This document shows, piece by piece, positions 55,020-64,000 of a stretch of 64,000 nt of DNA. The position numbers and the translations under genes are program-made. Each line of letters begins with the position of its first letter. Position 1 is the stretch's first letter. The notes below the pieces were generated by a model. That model saw only the letters and a list, made by a program, of their open reading frames with translations, did not search any database and was not told the origin of the DNA. Source of the stretch: Histomonas meleagridis 2922-C6/04-290x (taxonomy: Eukaryota; Protista; Parabasalia). The stretch lies in assembly GCA_020184695.1 (NCBI GenBank), contig JAANOX010000268.1:1-64000 (forward strand), written 5' to 3'.

Positions 55020-55364
55020 TTAAAAATTTGTTTGGTCACAATTGGAATGAAGCCAGCAAACACCATAGGAATCAACGACTTGTACAATAACATCTTTATC
55101 TAACTGACAAAATAAATTTTGATGATCTTGTAAAAGTTTTTTGTAAAAACAATCAATGCATATTTTGTGACCACAAGGTATTAAAGTTAGCTGTGGATTT
55201 TCTGTGTTACAATCACAGCATAACACAGGTTCAGCGAAAAGAAAAAAACCGGTGTCAAATTCTGCTGATGTGTATTGTTGAATGGAAATTTCCTGCTTGT
55301 AACACCCGACTTCGGCTAAATTTTCACTGTCGTTCTGGTTTATGGGTGATTGATTATCCATCAA
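55020..55364 (-). CDS. Small RING-finger protein
   Basis: CCDC...PCGHKICIDC...CQLD (C3HC4-like, last ligand Asp). Confidence 0.7.
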   Translation of the reverse strand: MMDNQSPINQNDSENLAEVGCYKQEISIQQYTSAEFDTGFFLFAEPVLCCDCNTENPQLTLIPCGHKICIDCFYKKLLQDHQNLFCQLDKDVIVQVVDSYGVCWLHSNCDQTNF

Positions 55365-55633
55365 TAACCCTTTTTTAATATGGAAAAATATATTCGAATA
55401 TATTTTGAGAAGATTTACCTATGACATAATAAATTGATAGAAATCATTTTGCCATATAATTTTGCTGTTGTTTGAATTGCTGTTCATCAGTTTTCTATCG
55501 ATATCGTTGCGGTTAAAATATTTCTATCGTTCATCATTGTATTCAATGATGAACCGTAACGGTGAATGCTGACATCGATACATCTAGCTAACCAATATAA
55601 ATATATTCATAAAATAACATATTTTTATTATAA

Positions 55634-56927
55634 TTACAATTCTTCCTTTGTATTGTTATACACACACTTTTCTTTTGGCGCAACTCTATTTAGCCACTGT
55701 TTTAATGCGCCTGGAAGATGCTTTTTCCTGAAGATAAGAGGCTTTTCAATATTAGGGTAGTACAAAGCAATCATCGGGAAGTCGTCTGCTATTGGTACCA
55801 AATATGGATTCCAATTGTTTTTATAGTCGAATTGATAGAAAGTTACCCATCTTCGATTTTCATGGTCAAAATATTTTGAAACTCGTTTGAAGGCTGAGTA
55901 TGAAAAACTTTCCGAGGGAGAGTTAGGATTTGTCATGTGAATCACTTTGCAATCATTTCCAGGAATTGTTTTCAAAAGTGACGTGGAATTGAGAGTGTAA
56001 ATGCGGTTATCATCGTCGTACGATGAGGAGGTTTCGACGGTTTTCGTTGCCTGATCTTTTTGAATAGTCTTCGTGACAAAGTTCATTAAAAGCTCTGGAC
56101 TTATTACATCATCATCAATAAATGGATAACATTTGCCATCCGTGTCTAAAAAAACAAACGAAAGCGAGCTTGGTAGAATACGACAATTTTTGATTCTTAA
56201 ATGATCTCTCTTCCAATTTGCATAACCATAGACAACAGGGAATGGAGAGGTGTGCTTTAGGTAAGCAAACAATTTATTCACGTTTTCGCTTTCGCCGTCT
56301 TTTACAATTGCAATAAGAGCCGGATAATCTCTGGGTATAAAAGGGAATTGTGGTATCAATGCAACGCGCTTCTTCATCCATTGCGTAAGAGGAGTTGTGG
56401 TGTTGAAAATTTTGGTTATGTTATTTATGTTATCTTGGAATGTAATACTAAAATTACCTGGCTTATGAATGAAAGCAATTGGAGAATTCCTAAAAACGAA
56501 TGCAGTTTCATAAAATGGTTCATAAATAGAATCAGAAGATAATGTTAATGCAAATTGTTTCTTTGTTTGAGATTTAATATTAGTTCCATTAAAGACTCTT
56601 ACATGGGGTTTGCGTAATTGCTTTAAAGTTGCAAAAATTTCTGATTTTGTGAGGTTGAATGTTTCTGTATCTAAAAATTTTCCTTTTCTGAATAATGCAT
56701 AGTGTGGCGTATTTCCCAGTTTGTCATCTGGCCAAATTGATTTTTTTGATAAACACAACGTACTCCCTTCAGGGATTACCTGTTGTAAAGATTTTAATGT
56801 TTTTTTAATTTCATTACATTCTTTGTATTTATTGCCGCATATAAAAACCATTGCTGCTGGTGAGCTTGAGATATTTTTCAAGCAAGACAATCTCTGAATA
56901 CAAAGGATTATTGGAAAAAAAATCATG
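55634..56927 (-). CDS. Secretory-pathway protein with thioredoxin-like segments and ER-retention-like KEEL
   Basis: Hydrophobic leader MIFFPIILC (ATG 56927); DDFPMIALYYP resembles a PDI strand; C-terminal KEEL. Confidence 0.6.
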
Positions 56928-57139
56928 TGCTGATTGATTGTAAAAAATAATATATTCAAAATATTGAACCTAATAACCGGTACGTGTTTAGATAATAAAA
57001 AATTGATGTAATCTCATTAACCGTCGAATAAAATTTATTTATTCCTCAACAATATTTCTACGAGAATATAGAAAATGAAAATCAATGATTTAAAGTAATG
57101 ATATTAATGGAACAAAATAAATTACTTCAAACTATCAGT

Positions 57140-57420
57140 GCCAAATAATGACACATTTTAAATGATATAAATAATTGTCAAATGTTATTTTCAAATATTG
57201 GATCATTACATTAAATACTATATTGAACAAATTATTATTGTTAACATTAATGCTTTCAATTCCTCTATGAACGAGAAGTAACTTTAACATTCTCTTTGTA
57301 TTCACATTTATATGCATACATAAATGCTGTTTCAAATAATTTATGTAATTTTCATATATTATTTTTGGATTAAATATTATTAATCTAAACTTTATGTTAA
57401 ATACAGAAATATCCACATCA
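57140..57420 (-). pseudogene. Ankyrin-repeat remnant with two 80-nt inserts (57331-57410, 57157-57236)
   Basis: GAT-[80 nt]-ACA GCA TTT ATG TAT GCA (TAFMYA)...KLLLVHRGIESINVNN-[80 nt]; the intervening unit is frameshifted. Confidence 0.6.
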
Positions 57421-57555
57421 TTCGATCGTGAAAATGATTCTATTGTTAACTCAAAGAAATATTTGAATGCAAATCAATCGTTTTGATCGTTTTTTATTTG
57501 CTTGAAACAAAACATAACCGCTACAACTGGTGGCAAAAAGTCAAGGAACTAAATC

Positions 57556-58659
57556 ATGCAGTGCGTTGCACCATTGACTACGGCAGTACCACTCAATTTA
57601 ACCTTACTAAGCATTTTTGTTTTTATTCGCCATGGAGAAAGAGCACCATATGATCAATGGGCTCTTCAAAATGAAACAGGAACTTGGGTATGTGATGGAA
57701 CCGATGCCTATGCTCCAAAAATGATTTCCTATGTTAATGGAGTTCCACGTCGATACCACACCATTATAGAAGAAAAAATGGCACCTTTCCCGCCAAGTTG
57801 TGATCAAGCTCAACTAACAATTAACGGTATGAAACAACATTACGAACTAGGAAGTAAATTTAGGGAGAAACTCATTAATGAATATCATTTTCTTCCAGAA
57901 TATTATGATCCTGATCTCATATATCTTCGTTCTTCTCATTCAGATCGTTGTGTACGCTCACTCATTTCCTTTATCCATGGTTTATATCCACCTGAATATT
58001 CCGAACAAAAGATTGATATAGTTTCAGGTACAGGAGTACTCGAACCACTTGATCCTACACCTTATGGCTGCACCGACCTTCAAGATGCATATGTGAAATT
58101 CAAGCATTCTGAGGAATTTGCACGTCGACGTGATAATGCACAAGTTGTTCAAAAGCAACTTTATGATTACCTCAACTTACCGTGGGACGGAGAGAATTGG
58201 CAATGGATTGGTGACTGGTTATATTCATTCTATTGCTCAGAACAGTCGATTCCAAGCATCATCACCAGTGAAATGTTTGAAACCGCCATGAACGATACGG
58301 TTTTCTATTCAATTGGATTCTTCAATCAGTTTGCGCAAGAAAGCGTTGGCCCAATATGGAGGCTACTTGATGAACAAATTAGTAAAAGAATTAGCGGTGA
58401 GACGAACACAAAGTTTGCATTATTTAGTGGTCATGATACCACTATTGGTGCATTACTTGTTGCATTAGGACAAAAAAATATAACACAAATTGCTCCTTAT
58501 AGAGCACATATCGAAGTGGAATTGTACACTGATGGCACAGAGCAATTTTTGAGATTTGTATATGAAGGAAATGTGCTGAAGATAAATGATAAAGAAACAA
58601 TTTCATTGAAAGAGTTTCGTGTATTAATTGCGCCGTCGTTGTCTAAATGTACAGAGTAA
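57556..58659 (+). CDS. Histidine acid phosphatase (branch 2)
   Basis: RHGERAP catalytic motif, LRSSHSDRC and FSGHDTTI. Confidence 0.93.
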   Translation: MQCVAPLTTAVPLNLTLLSIFVFIRHGERAPYDQWALQNETGTWVCDGTDAYAPKMISYVNGVPRRYHTIIEEKMAPFPPSCDQAQLTINGMKQHYELGSKFREKLINEYHFLPEYYDPDLIYLRSSHSDRCVRSLISFIHGLYPPEYSEQKIDIVSGTGVLEPLDPTPYGCTDLQDAYVKFKHSEEFARRRDNAQVVQKQLYDYLNLPWDGENWQWIGDWLYSFYCSEQSIPSIITSEMFETAMNDTVFYSIGFFNQFAQESVGPIWRLLDEQISKRISGETNTKFALFSGHDTTIGALLVALGQKNITQIAPYRAHIEVELYTDGTEQFLRFVYEGNVLKINDKETISLKEFRVLIAPSLSKCTE

Positions 58660-59310
58660 AAATATTGTCAATATTTTTATGTAATATTTTCTTTTGCTAT
58701 GAATTTGTTTCGTTCATTTTCATTTCTCACTTCTAAAATTTTTAGCGAGAAATATTATAAAGACATTGTGGAAAACCGCACAATTTCATAAAACTATAAA
58801 GAAGCAATTGCTTGGAAAAAATATAATCCTTGTGCTAGAAGGTATTTGTTTCATAAAATGTAGAAGATTTTAACTTTTACTATTGCATCAAATTGGGAGT
58901 TGTACGATATTGTTTCTTCAAAACATTACTTAAATATAATGATAATATTTTATGTTTATTCTTTAAATTTGATATGTATACATATGCTTTTTTTATAGGT
59001 TGAAAAAAGCTTCTATGAATGACATTCTTTTCAAGGTATAAAGTTTTTCACTGCTTCTATATATAAATTATATTCTGCAAATTTCTTCATTCATGAAAAA
59101 ATCAAAAAAAAGTTCTACTATTTACACCGCAACTTGTAAAATTAATACATAAATGTATTCTTTTTTTTTATAAAATCAAATATTTACTAAGAAAAATTGC
59201 AAATCAATCCGATGATGTTCATTAAAAAAATTAATACGAAAAACTAATAAAACAATACCATGTATATAAGCTCTTTTAGTAATGTTATGGAGGTTCAAAA
59301 TAGAGTGTCT

Positions 59311-59583
59311 TTAACCACATTTCCAGAGTTGAACAGCAACTTGGCCAATGTAAAAGTAAATGAAGTGCTTAGTTTCGTGAGTAACGAAAGAACCAAATGA
59401 ACGTCCGACAACGCAGTGCCATGTTGGGTTGTATTTTTTGTCAAATTCTTTTTTGATATAGCCAGCAATATCCTTTTCGATATTGAAGCGATCTAAAGCT
59501 TGTGTTGCGACGTCAATAGCATCGGCCTGCATTTCGTCGGACATATCGACGTTCTTTACGACGGCACGTCTATCTTGAGCCAT
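59311..59583 (-). CDS. DYNLL: Dynein light chain LC8
   Basis: [11 protein letters not shown]...[43 protein letters not shown]. Confidence 0.97.
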   Translation of the reverse strand: MAQDRRAVVKNVDMSDEMQADAIDVATQALDRFNIEKDIAGYIKKEFDKKYNPTWHCVVGRSFGSFVTHETKHFIYFYIGQVAVQLWKCG

Positions 59584-59980
59584 TCTAATTCGAAGTGATC
59601 AGGTACGTTATTTTATTCAAACAAATAAAGGCGGTTTTTGTCATTGTTTGTTCTATCGTCAATTTTAAACGGCCTTTGAAACATGTTTCTTCTTGTAAAC
59701 GTGTTCTAGATAAGGTTAACTTACATAAACTTATTTGTAACAAGGTAATTTCCAAGCATTTTAACGTTTATTATTTAATATGTTGTTATATTAAAATATT
59801 TTTTGATTGCTTAATTAATTTTAAGATTCTACTTAGAACTTCAAATTTTGTAAATCTTTTTATAAGTGAAACAGATTTTTATCATGAACAAATCTGTTGA
59901 CGAAAGCTTTAGTAAAGTTTTACAAAATGATTATTCATTCGACGTTTGCACATTAAACATTTACTAATTAAAATTAACTT

Positions 59981-61339
59981 TTACTTATTCCACTCAGAGC
60001 TCGAGTCGTCATCTGTTGTCTCGGTATCAGTATTTTCTGTTTCGGTGTCGTCCTTCATCGCGAATGTCATTGGCCCTGCCTCCACTATGTCGCTCTTCTG
60101 CTCCTCCTTATTATTATCGTTCGACAGCCCGAGTAATTTCCTTCTCTCTTCGATGTTCTTTCCAGCCATAGCCTGACCGCGCTGCAAAATTCTCATCATA
60201 AGTTCACTATGATGATCCAATGGTGCGGGCGCAATCTTTTGGCCGCTGTGTGGTTGATCTTTATTAACTTTGCGCAGCTTGAACTCTTGGTTCTTGATGA
60301 GGTCGAGGAAGTTAGCGCGGACGTCCTGCTCCTTCGCGGTGAGCTGGCCGGGTCCGGAGGCCTTCTCGCCGCCGCTCGGTGGTGGAGGAGCGGACGTGTC
60401 GGCAGTAGACGACGATGTGGGAGGCGGCGGTGGGGGCGGTGGAGGTGGTGGCGGAGGTACAGATGCGTCATCGCCAGATGGTGGTGGAGGTGGAGGCGGT
60501 GGAGGAGGCGGTAATTCGGAATCCCCAGTGGAGGGGAATGATGGGTTGGACGGAGATGAGAATAATGATGGTGCAATGTCAATTGCTGAATCATCAATTG
60601 AGATACCAAACGATGCAATGTTAATAAGGCCTGGAATGTTGTCAGGAAGGTCAAGAGTGGGCATGTTGTCAACTTGTGGACGGAATAGATAGTCACCATC
60701 TGATATATCGGGTAGAAGATTAACGGTGAAGATGGATGTGGGCGCTTCAGGAATGGCTTTGCTATGTTGTTCTTCTTCGAGACCATATTTGCCTTCGAAA
60801 TTATCAATATCAATGGCATCACGATATGGATTTTCATTAGTATGGAAGAGAAGAAGTGACGCTGTGGAATTGATATACTCTGGTGAACGACCAAGACCAG
60901 TATTATGAAGTTGCTCAGTTTTAACAATTGGCGTTTGCTTGAAATTAAATGATTGATCATATGCATAATCAACATTTTGAAGTGCCTCAGTAATCATGAC
61001 TGAGTCGCCTTTGACTTTTTCTACACTTACTTTTGGCATGTATTGTTTGAGTGTATGATAACCTGGTGGATATTCATCGCCTACAAATTTCAAAGGTGAA
61101 AATATTGTTACAACTTTGGATGGATCGTTCAATTGGTCTATAGCTGATTGAGCTGCTGTAATACGTTCGGCAAGATTTGCAACATGATCTTGTTCGGTTT
61201 GAATTCTATTAGATATAGTATCAAAAACATTGTTGACAACTTTTTCGAGATATGAAAGTGTTTTTACAGCTTTTAGAATGCAATGCGGCTCGAAATCATC
61301 GTTTGCGAGCACTGGAACTTGCATTGGAAGCTTGTTCAT
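59981..61339 (-). CDS. WASHC1: WASH1-like actin nucleation-promoting factor
   Basis: N-terminal WAHD (LSYLEKVVNNVFDTISNRI; SLLLFHTNENPY), LPDNIPGL, polyproline tracts, WH2-like RANFLDLIK...KLRKV, central ELMMRILQRGQAMAG and acidic tail ending in EW. Confidence 0.88.
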   Translation of the reverse strand: MNKLPMQVPVLANDDFEPHCILKAVKTLSYLEKVVNNVFDTISNRIQTEQDHVANLAERITAAQSAIDQLNDPSKVVTIFSPLKFVGDEYPPGYHTLKQYMPKVSVEKVKGDSVMITEALQNVDYAYDQSFNFKQTPIVKTEQLHNTGLGRSPEYINSTASLLLFHTNENPYRDAIDIDNFEGKYGLEEEQHSKAIPEAPTSIFTVNLLPDISDGDYLFRPQVDNMPTLDLPDNIPGLINIASFGISIDDSAIDIAPSLFSSPSNPSFPSTGDSELPPPPPPPPPPPSGDDASVPPPPPPPPPPPPPTSSSTADTSAPPPPSGGEKASGPGQLTAKEQDVRANFLDLIKNQEFKLRKVNKDQPHSGQKIAPAPLDHHSELMMRILQRGQAMAGKNIEERRKLLGLSNDNNKEEQKSDIVEAGPMTFAMKDDTETENTDTETTDDDSSSEWNK

Positions 61340-61879
61340 TGATTGTAATTGACTAAACCGTCTAAATTGTTTGCGGGTACATCAAAAGTGACAAATCGAT
61401 AGAAAAATACCTGCCCTTTCGAAATAAAGAAATTTCTTTCTATTTTCATAACATTTTTGCAGCAAACAATAAGAGTTTAAGCAAGTTATGGTACAACATT
61501 AGTTTAATCATTTCCACAAAATTAGTAAAGTTGCAATTTACCGTCAAGTTTAAAATGTCACATAAGCTATTAAATCATCGAAAAGCCACAGGGAGGGTAA
61601 TACCAAGTGTAATAGTATTCTTATTATAATAATTATAATTATGATAACAAAATGATTCCTATGTAAAGTGATGCTTTTTTCAATTGTTTTCTCTGATTCT
61701 TTGCCAACAATTAATGGCACGAACATGTCTAATATAGTTTTCTTTTCATTCATCAAATACAATTGATTTTCGAATTGTGTGTTTACTTGTTACATTAACA
61801 GCTTTTTGTCATAAAAGAGATTATAAAGTTTTATTCATTCAGTTTAGACGGAATTATTTTAGGGTTATTACAGCAATAA

Positions 61880-62520
61880 CTCAATTTGCAAATTCTTCTT
61901 TCAATTTCATGTGGCTGTTTAATAAACTATTTAATTTTCACAGAAACTGTTTTAAGATGGGTGAAGTGCCGTTAAGCTGGTCAAACACAAACAAAACTTA
62001 GTTTAAACGGTTCTACAATTTGTGCAAAAATGCTGATTGAAAATTATCGATAGAAATTATTACCATTCAATATTTATGTGATTTTGAATCTGCAGCGGTT
62101 AAGGCTATGTCATAAAAAGCGGTTTTTGACATTTTAAATTTAGAATCAAAAACTTTTATCGTCAAATTCGATAATATTATTCGATAATATACTTTTCAGA
62201 TAAATTTCTGAGGAAACTCCTCTTTTTTTAGTTTTGACTTGTTTCCGGAATTGCATTGAAAAATTGTGAGGAAGGAATTGAACAATAACACACGTTTTTC
62301 GAACATAAATTTATTAGTATAAAAAGTTCAAAAATAAAAATATATAATATATTTATATTAACATATATCATAAAGAATAAATATTGGTTTACTAAATGTT
62401 TTTTTGAGTAATAGTCAAGATATTTGTTGTTTAAAATTTTGAATAATCTATTCAAATCGTAGAGTCGGTTTATGTAAAATTTTAATTCAAAGCGTAATTC
62501 AGGATTTTCAATAGATTTTT
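61880..62520 (+). mobile_element. Decayed Mutator-like (MULE) transposase remnant
   Basis: Manual translation FNKLFNFH...GEVPLSWSNTNKT*FKRFYNLCK...QYLCDFESAAVKAMS* matches the MULE pattern (QLY.IH...VPL...NKT...TDFE.A..NA); several stops. Confidence 0.5.
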
Positions 62521-62555
62521 CAATACAGTCAAGGCGTCTTATTATCTCAAAAGAC

Positions 62556-63608
62556 ATGTTGCTCAAACCTGTTCCTCAGCTAAGTCTTTCAGAGATTCAG
62601 CAACTTCTTCCAGAGCACCGCTATCACTTCGTCAAGGCAATCGGAATGGGTGGATATGGAAGCGTTTTTCTTGTGAAATCTGATAAGTATAATCAATATT
62701 TTTGTATCAAAAGAATTAAACAAATAGACCCTAAGAATGATAATACAGAGAATGAGGCATCAACCCTTATAATGTTATGCCATCCTAACATCATTTCAAT
62801 GTATGAATACTTTTTCGACCAAACTAAAACAAATTTATATATCGTACTAGAATATTGTAGTGGAGGTTCACTTAAAGATCTGATAGAAAGAGAAGGTCCA
62901 ATAAGGCCACCAAAACTTTATTCTTATTGTTATCAAATTTTAAACGCACTTTTACATTGTCATGAACAAAATATTGCACACAGGGACATAAAGCCTGCCA
63001 ATATCCTTATTGATAAATATAACAGACCAAAACTTGCAGATTTTGGATTAAGTAGAAGATTAGAAAAAGGTGAAAATCTTCAAAGCTTTGCTGGATCACG
63101 TCCATTTATGGCTCCTGAAATCATAAGCAGAGAGAATGCAGATCCGTTTCTTGCAGATATTTGGTCACTCGGAGTCACTTTTTTTACTTTAGCATTTGGT
63201 CGACTTCCATGGGGAGTTTCGAATGGAGCGGAATTGGACGCAGCTATTAAGCTCGGTATTATAACATTCCCAACTTTTGCAGACCAAGAATTTTGCAATT
63301 TGATCTCATCCATGGTCGTTGTAAAGCCCTCAAAAAGAAAGCCGATAGCGCAGTTGATGAAGTTGCCACTTTTTGCAGAATATCGGAAACCGTTTTTCCC
63401 TTCTTCTATCCAAGCGCGCAGTCGAATGAATCTTGATACTGGGGATTCTGCGCTGTTTCAAAGGTCTAAATCAACAGTTCAGACTTCTTTGTCACATAAC
63501 AGAATTATTGCAAGTCATAATCGAATAAGATCATATATGTCTGGGCAAAAAATAGAACGGCCAATCCCTTCAAAGAAAGCTATTTTGCACAAGACATTTG
63601 GTATTTAA
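62556..63608 (+). CDS. Ser/Thr protein kinase (CAMK-like group)
   Basis: GMGGYG, HRDIKPAN, DFG, APE and DIWSLG motifs. Confidence 0.96.
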   Translation: MLLKPVPQLSLSEIQQLLPEHRYHFVKAIGMGGYGSVFLVKSDKYNQYFCIKRIKQIDPKNDNTENEASTLIMLCHPNIISMYEYFFDQTKTNLYIVLEYCSGGSLKDLIEREGPIRPPKLYSYCYQILNALLHCHEQNIAHRDIKPANILIDKYNRPKLADFGLSRRLEKGENLQSFAGSRPFMAPEIISRENADPFLADIWSLGVTFFTLAFGRLPWGVSNGAELDAAIKLGIITFPTFADQEFCNLISSMVVVKPSKRKPIAQLMKLPLFAEYRKPFFPSSIQARSRMNLDTGDSALFQRSKSTVQTSLSHNRIIASHNRIRSYMSGQKIERPIPSKKAILHKTFGI

Positions 63609-64000
63609 GTTTCATTTTGTTTAAGTAAATGTGTTATTTAATGATTTTTCTTACAAATTTTCTCAAAACAAATATCAGAAACTATGTAAACATTCAGAAA
63701 CAGGTTTTTATGTAAAAAAGTATAAAAATATTTCACTTTCTTGGGAGTGAAGAGATATAACGTCAATGGTCAAAAAATATAAATCGTAATTTAAATAAGT
63801 TGTTTAATAACAAAGATGTAATTTCTAAAATATTTCAAAATTTGTAAAAAAATCAAGAAATATCATCACAAATAATTTTGATTTTAATCAAATAATAAAT
63901 CATCGTTTTATGAAGATATGTATTTATTATTAAATAAAATGTTCAACATTGATTTTGTAGTATTTTTTGAACTTATTAATGTTTCAAATATTAATTATGA

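Noticed and set aside
58680-59300. Possible degenerate gene fragment after the acid phosphatase
   Set aside because: No sustained frame or motif.
59595-59900. ORF 59595-59900 and a GTACGT donor-like word near 59603
   Set aside because: No matching CTAAC...AG acceptor; composition is intergenic-like.
60196-60975. Overlapping alternative-frame ORFs in WASH1, and similar shadow ORFs across the window
   Set aside because: They are by-products of repetitive or GC-rich coding sequence, or antisense to well-supported genes, with no independent motifs.

Overview
AT-rich, gene-dense eukaryotic DNA from a parabasalid (Tritrichomonas/Histomonas-like). The assignment is inferred from a flavodiiron protein with a hydrogenosomal-type leader, an IBD-like protein, a Myb protein, DUF3447-type ankyrin genes, Inr/M3/M5 promoter motifs and GTATGT...CTAACACAYAG introns. 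It holds about 28 protein genes and a tRNA-Asn. It also holds the decayed 5' half of an RLE-type non-LTR retrotransposon that starts 16 nt behind the tRNA, a MULE remnant and a 22-copy 28-bp minisatellite. Two signals stand out. (1) At 52.0-52.27 kb (minus strand) is an apparently non-coding host gene of two spliceosomal introns, each containing a paralogous box C/D snoRNA with an anti-SSU-rRNA guide. The exon between them has stops in all three frames. (2) At three separate ankyrin loci (24.1-24.7, 44.7-44.9, 57.2-57.4 kb), repeats are interrupted at the same position by a frame-breaking insert of exactly 80 nt (8 copies). The inserts lack GT-AG ends and have a divergent middle but a conserved AATATTTGGAAAT core; at 24 kb the flanking ankyrin segments remain stop-free. 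They are candidate non-canonical introns or recoding elements. A third canonical intron (12726-12795) joins two ORFs into one IBD-like gene. All assignments come from reading the sequence; no searches were run.
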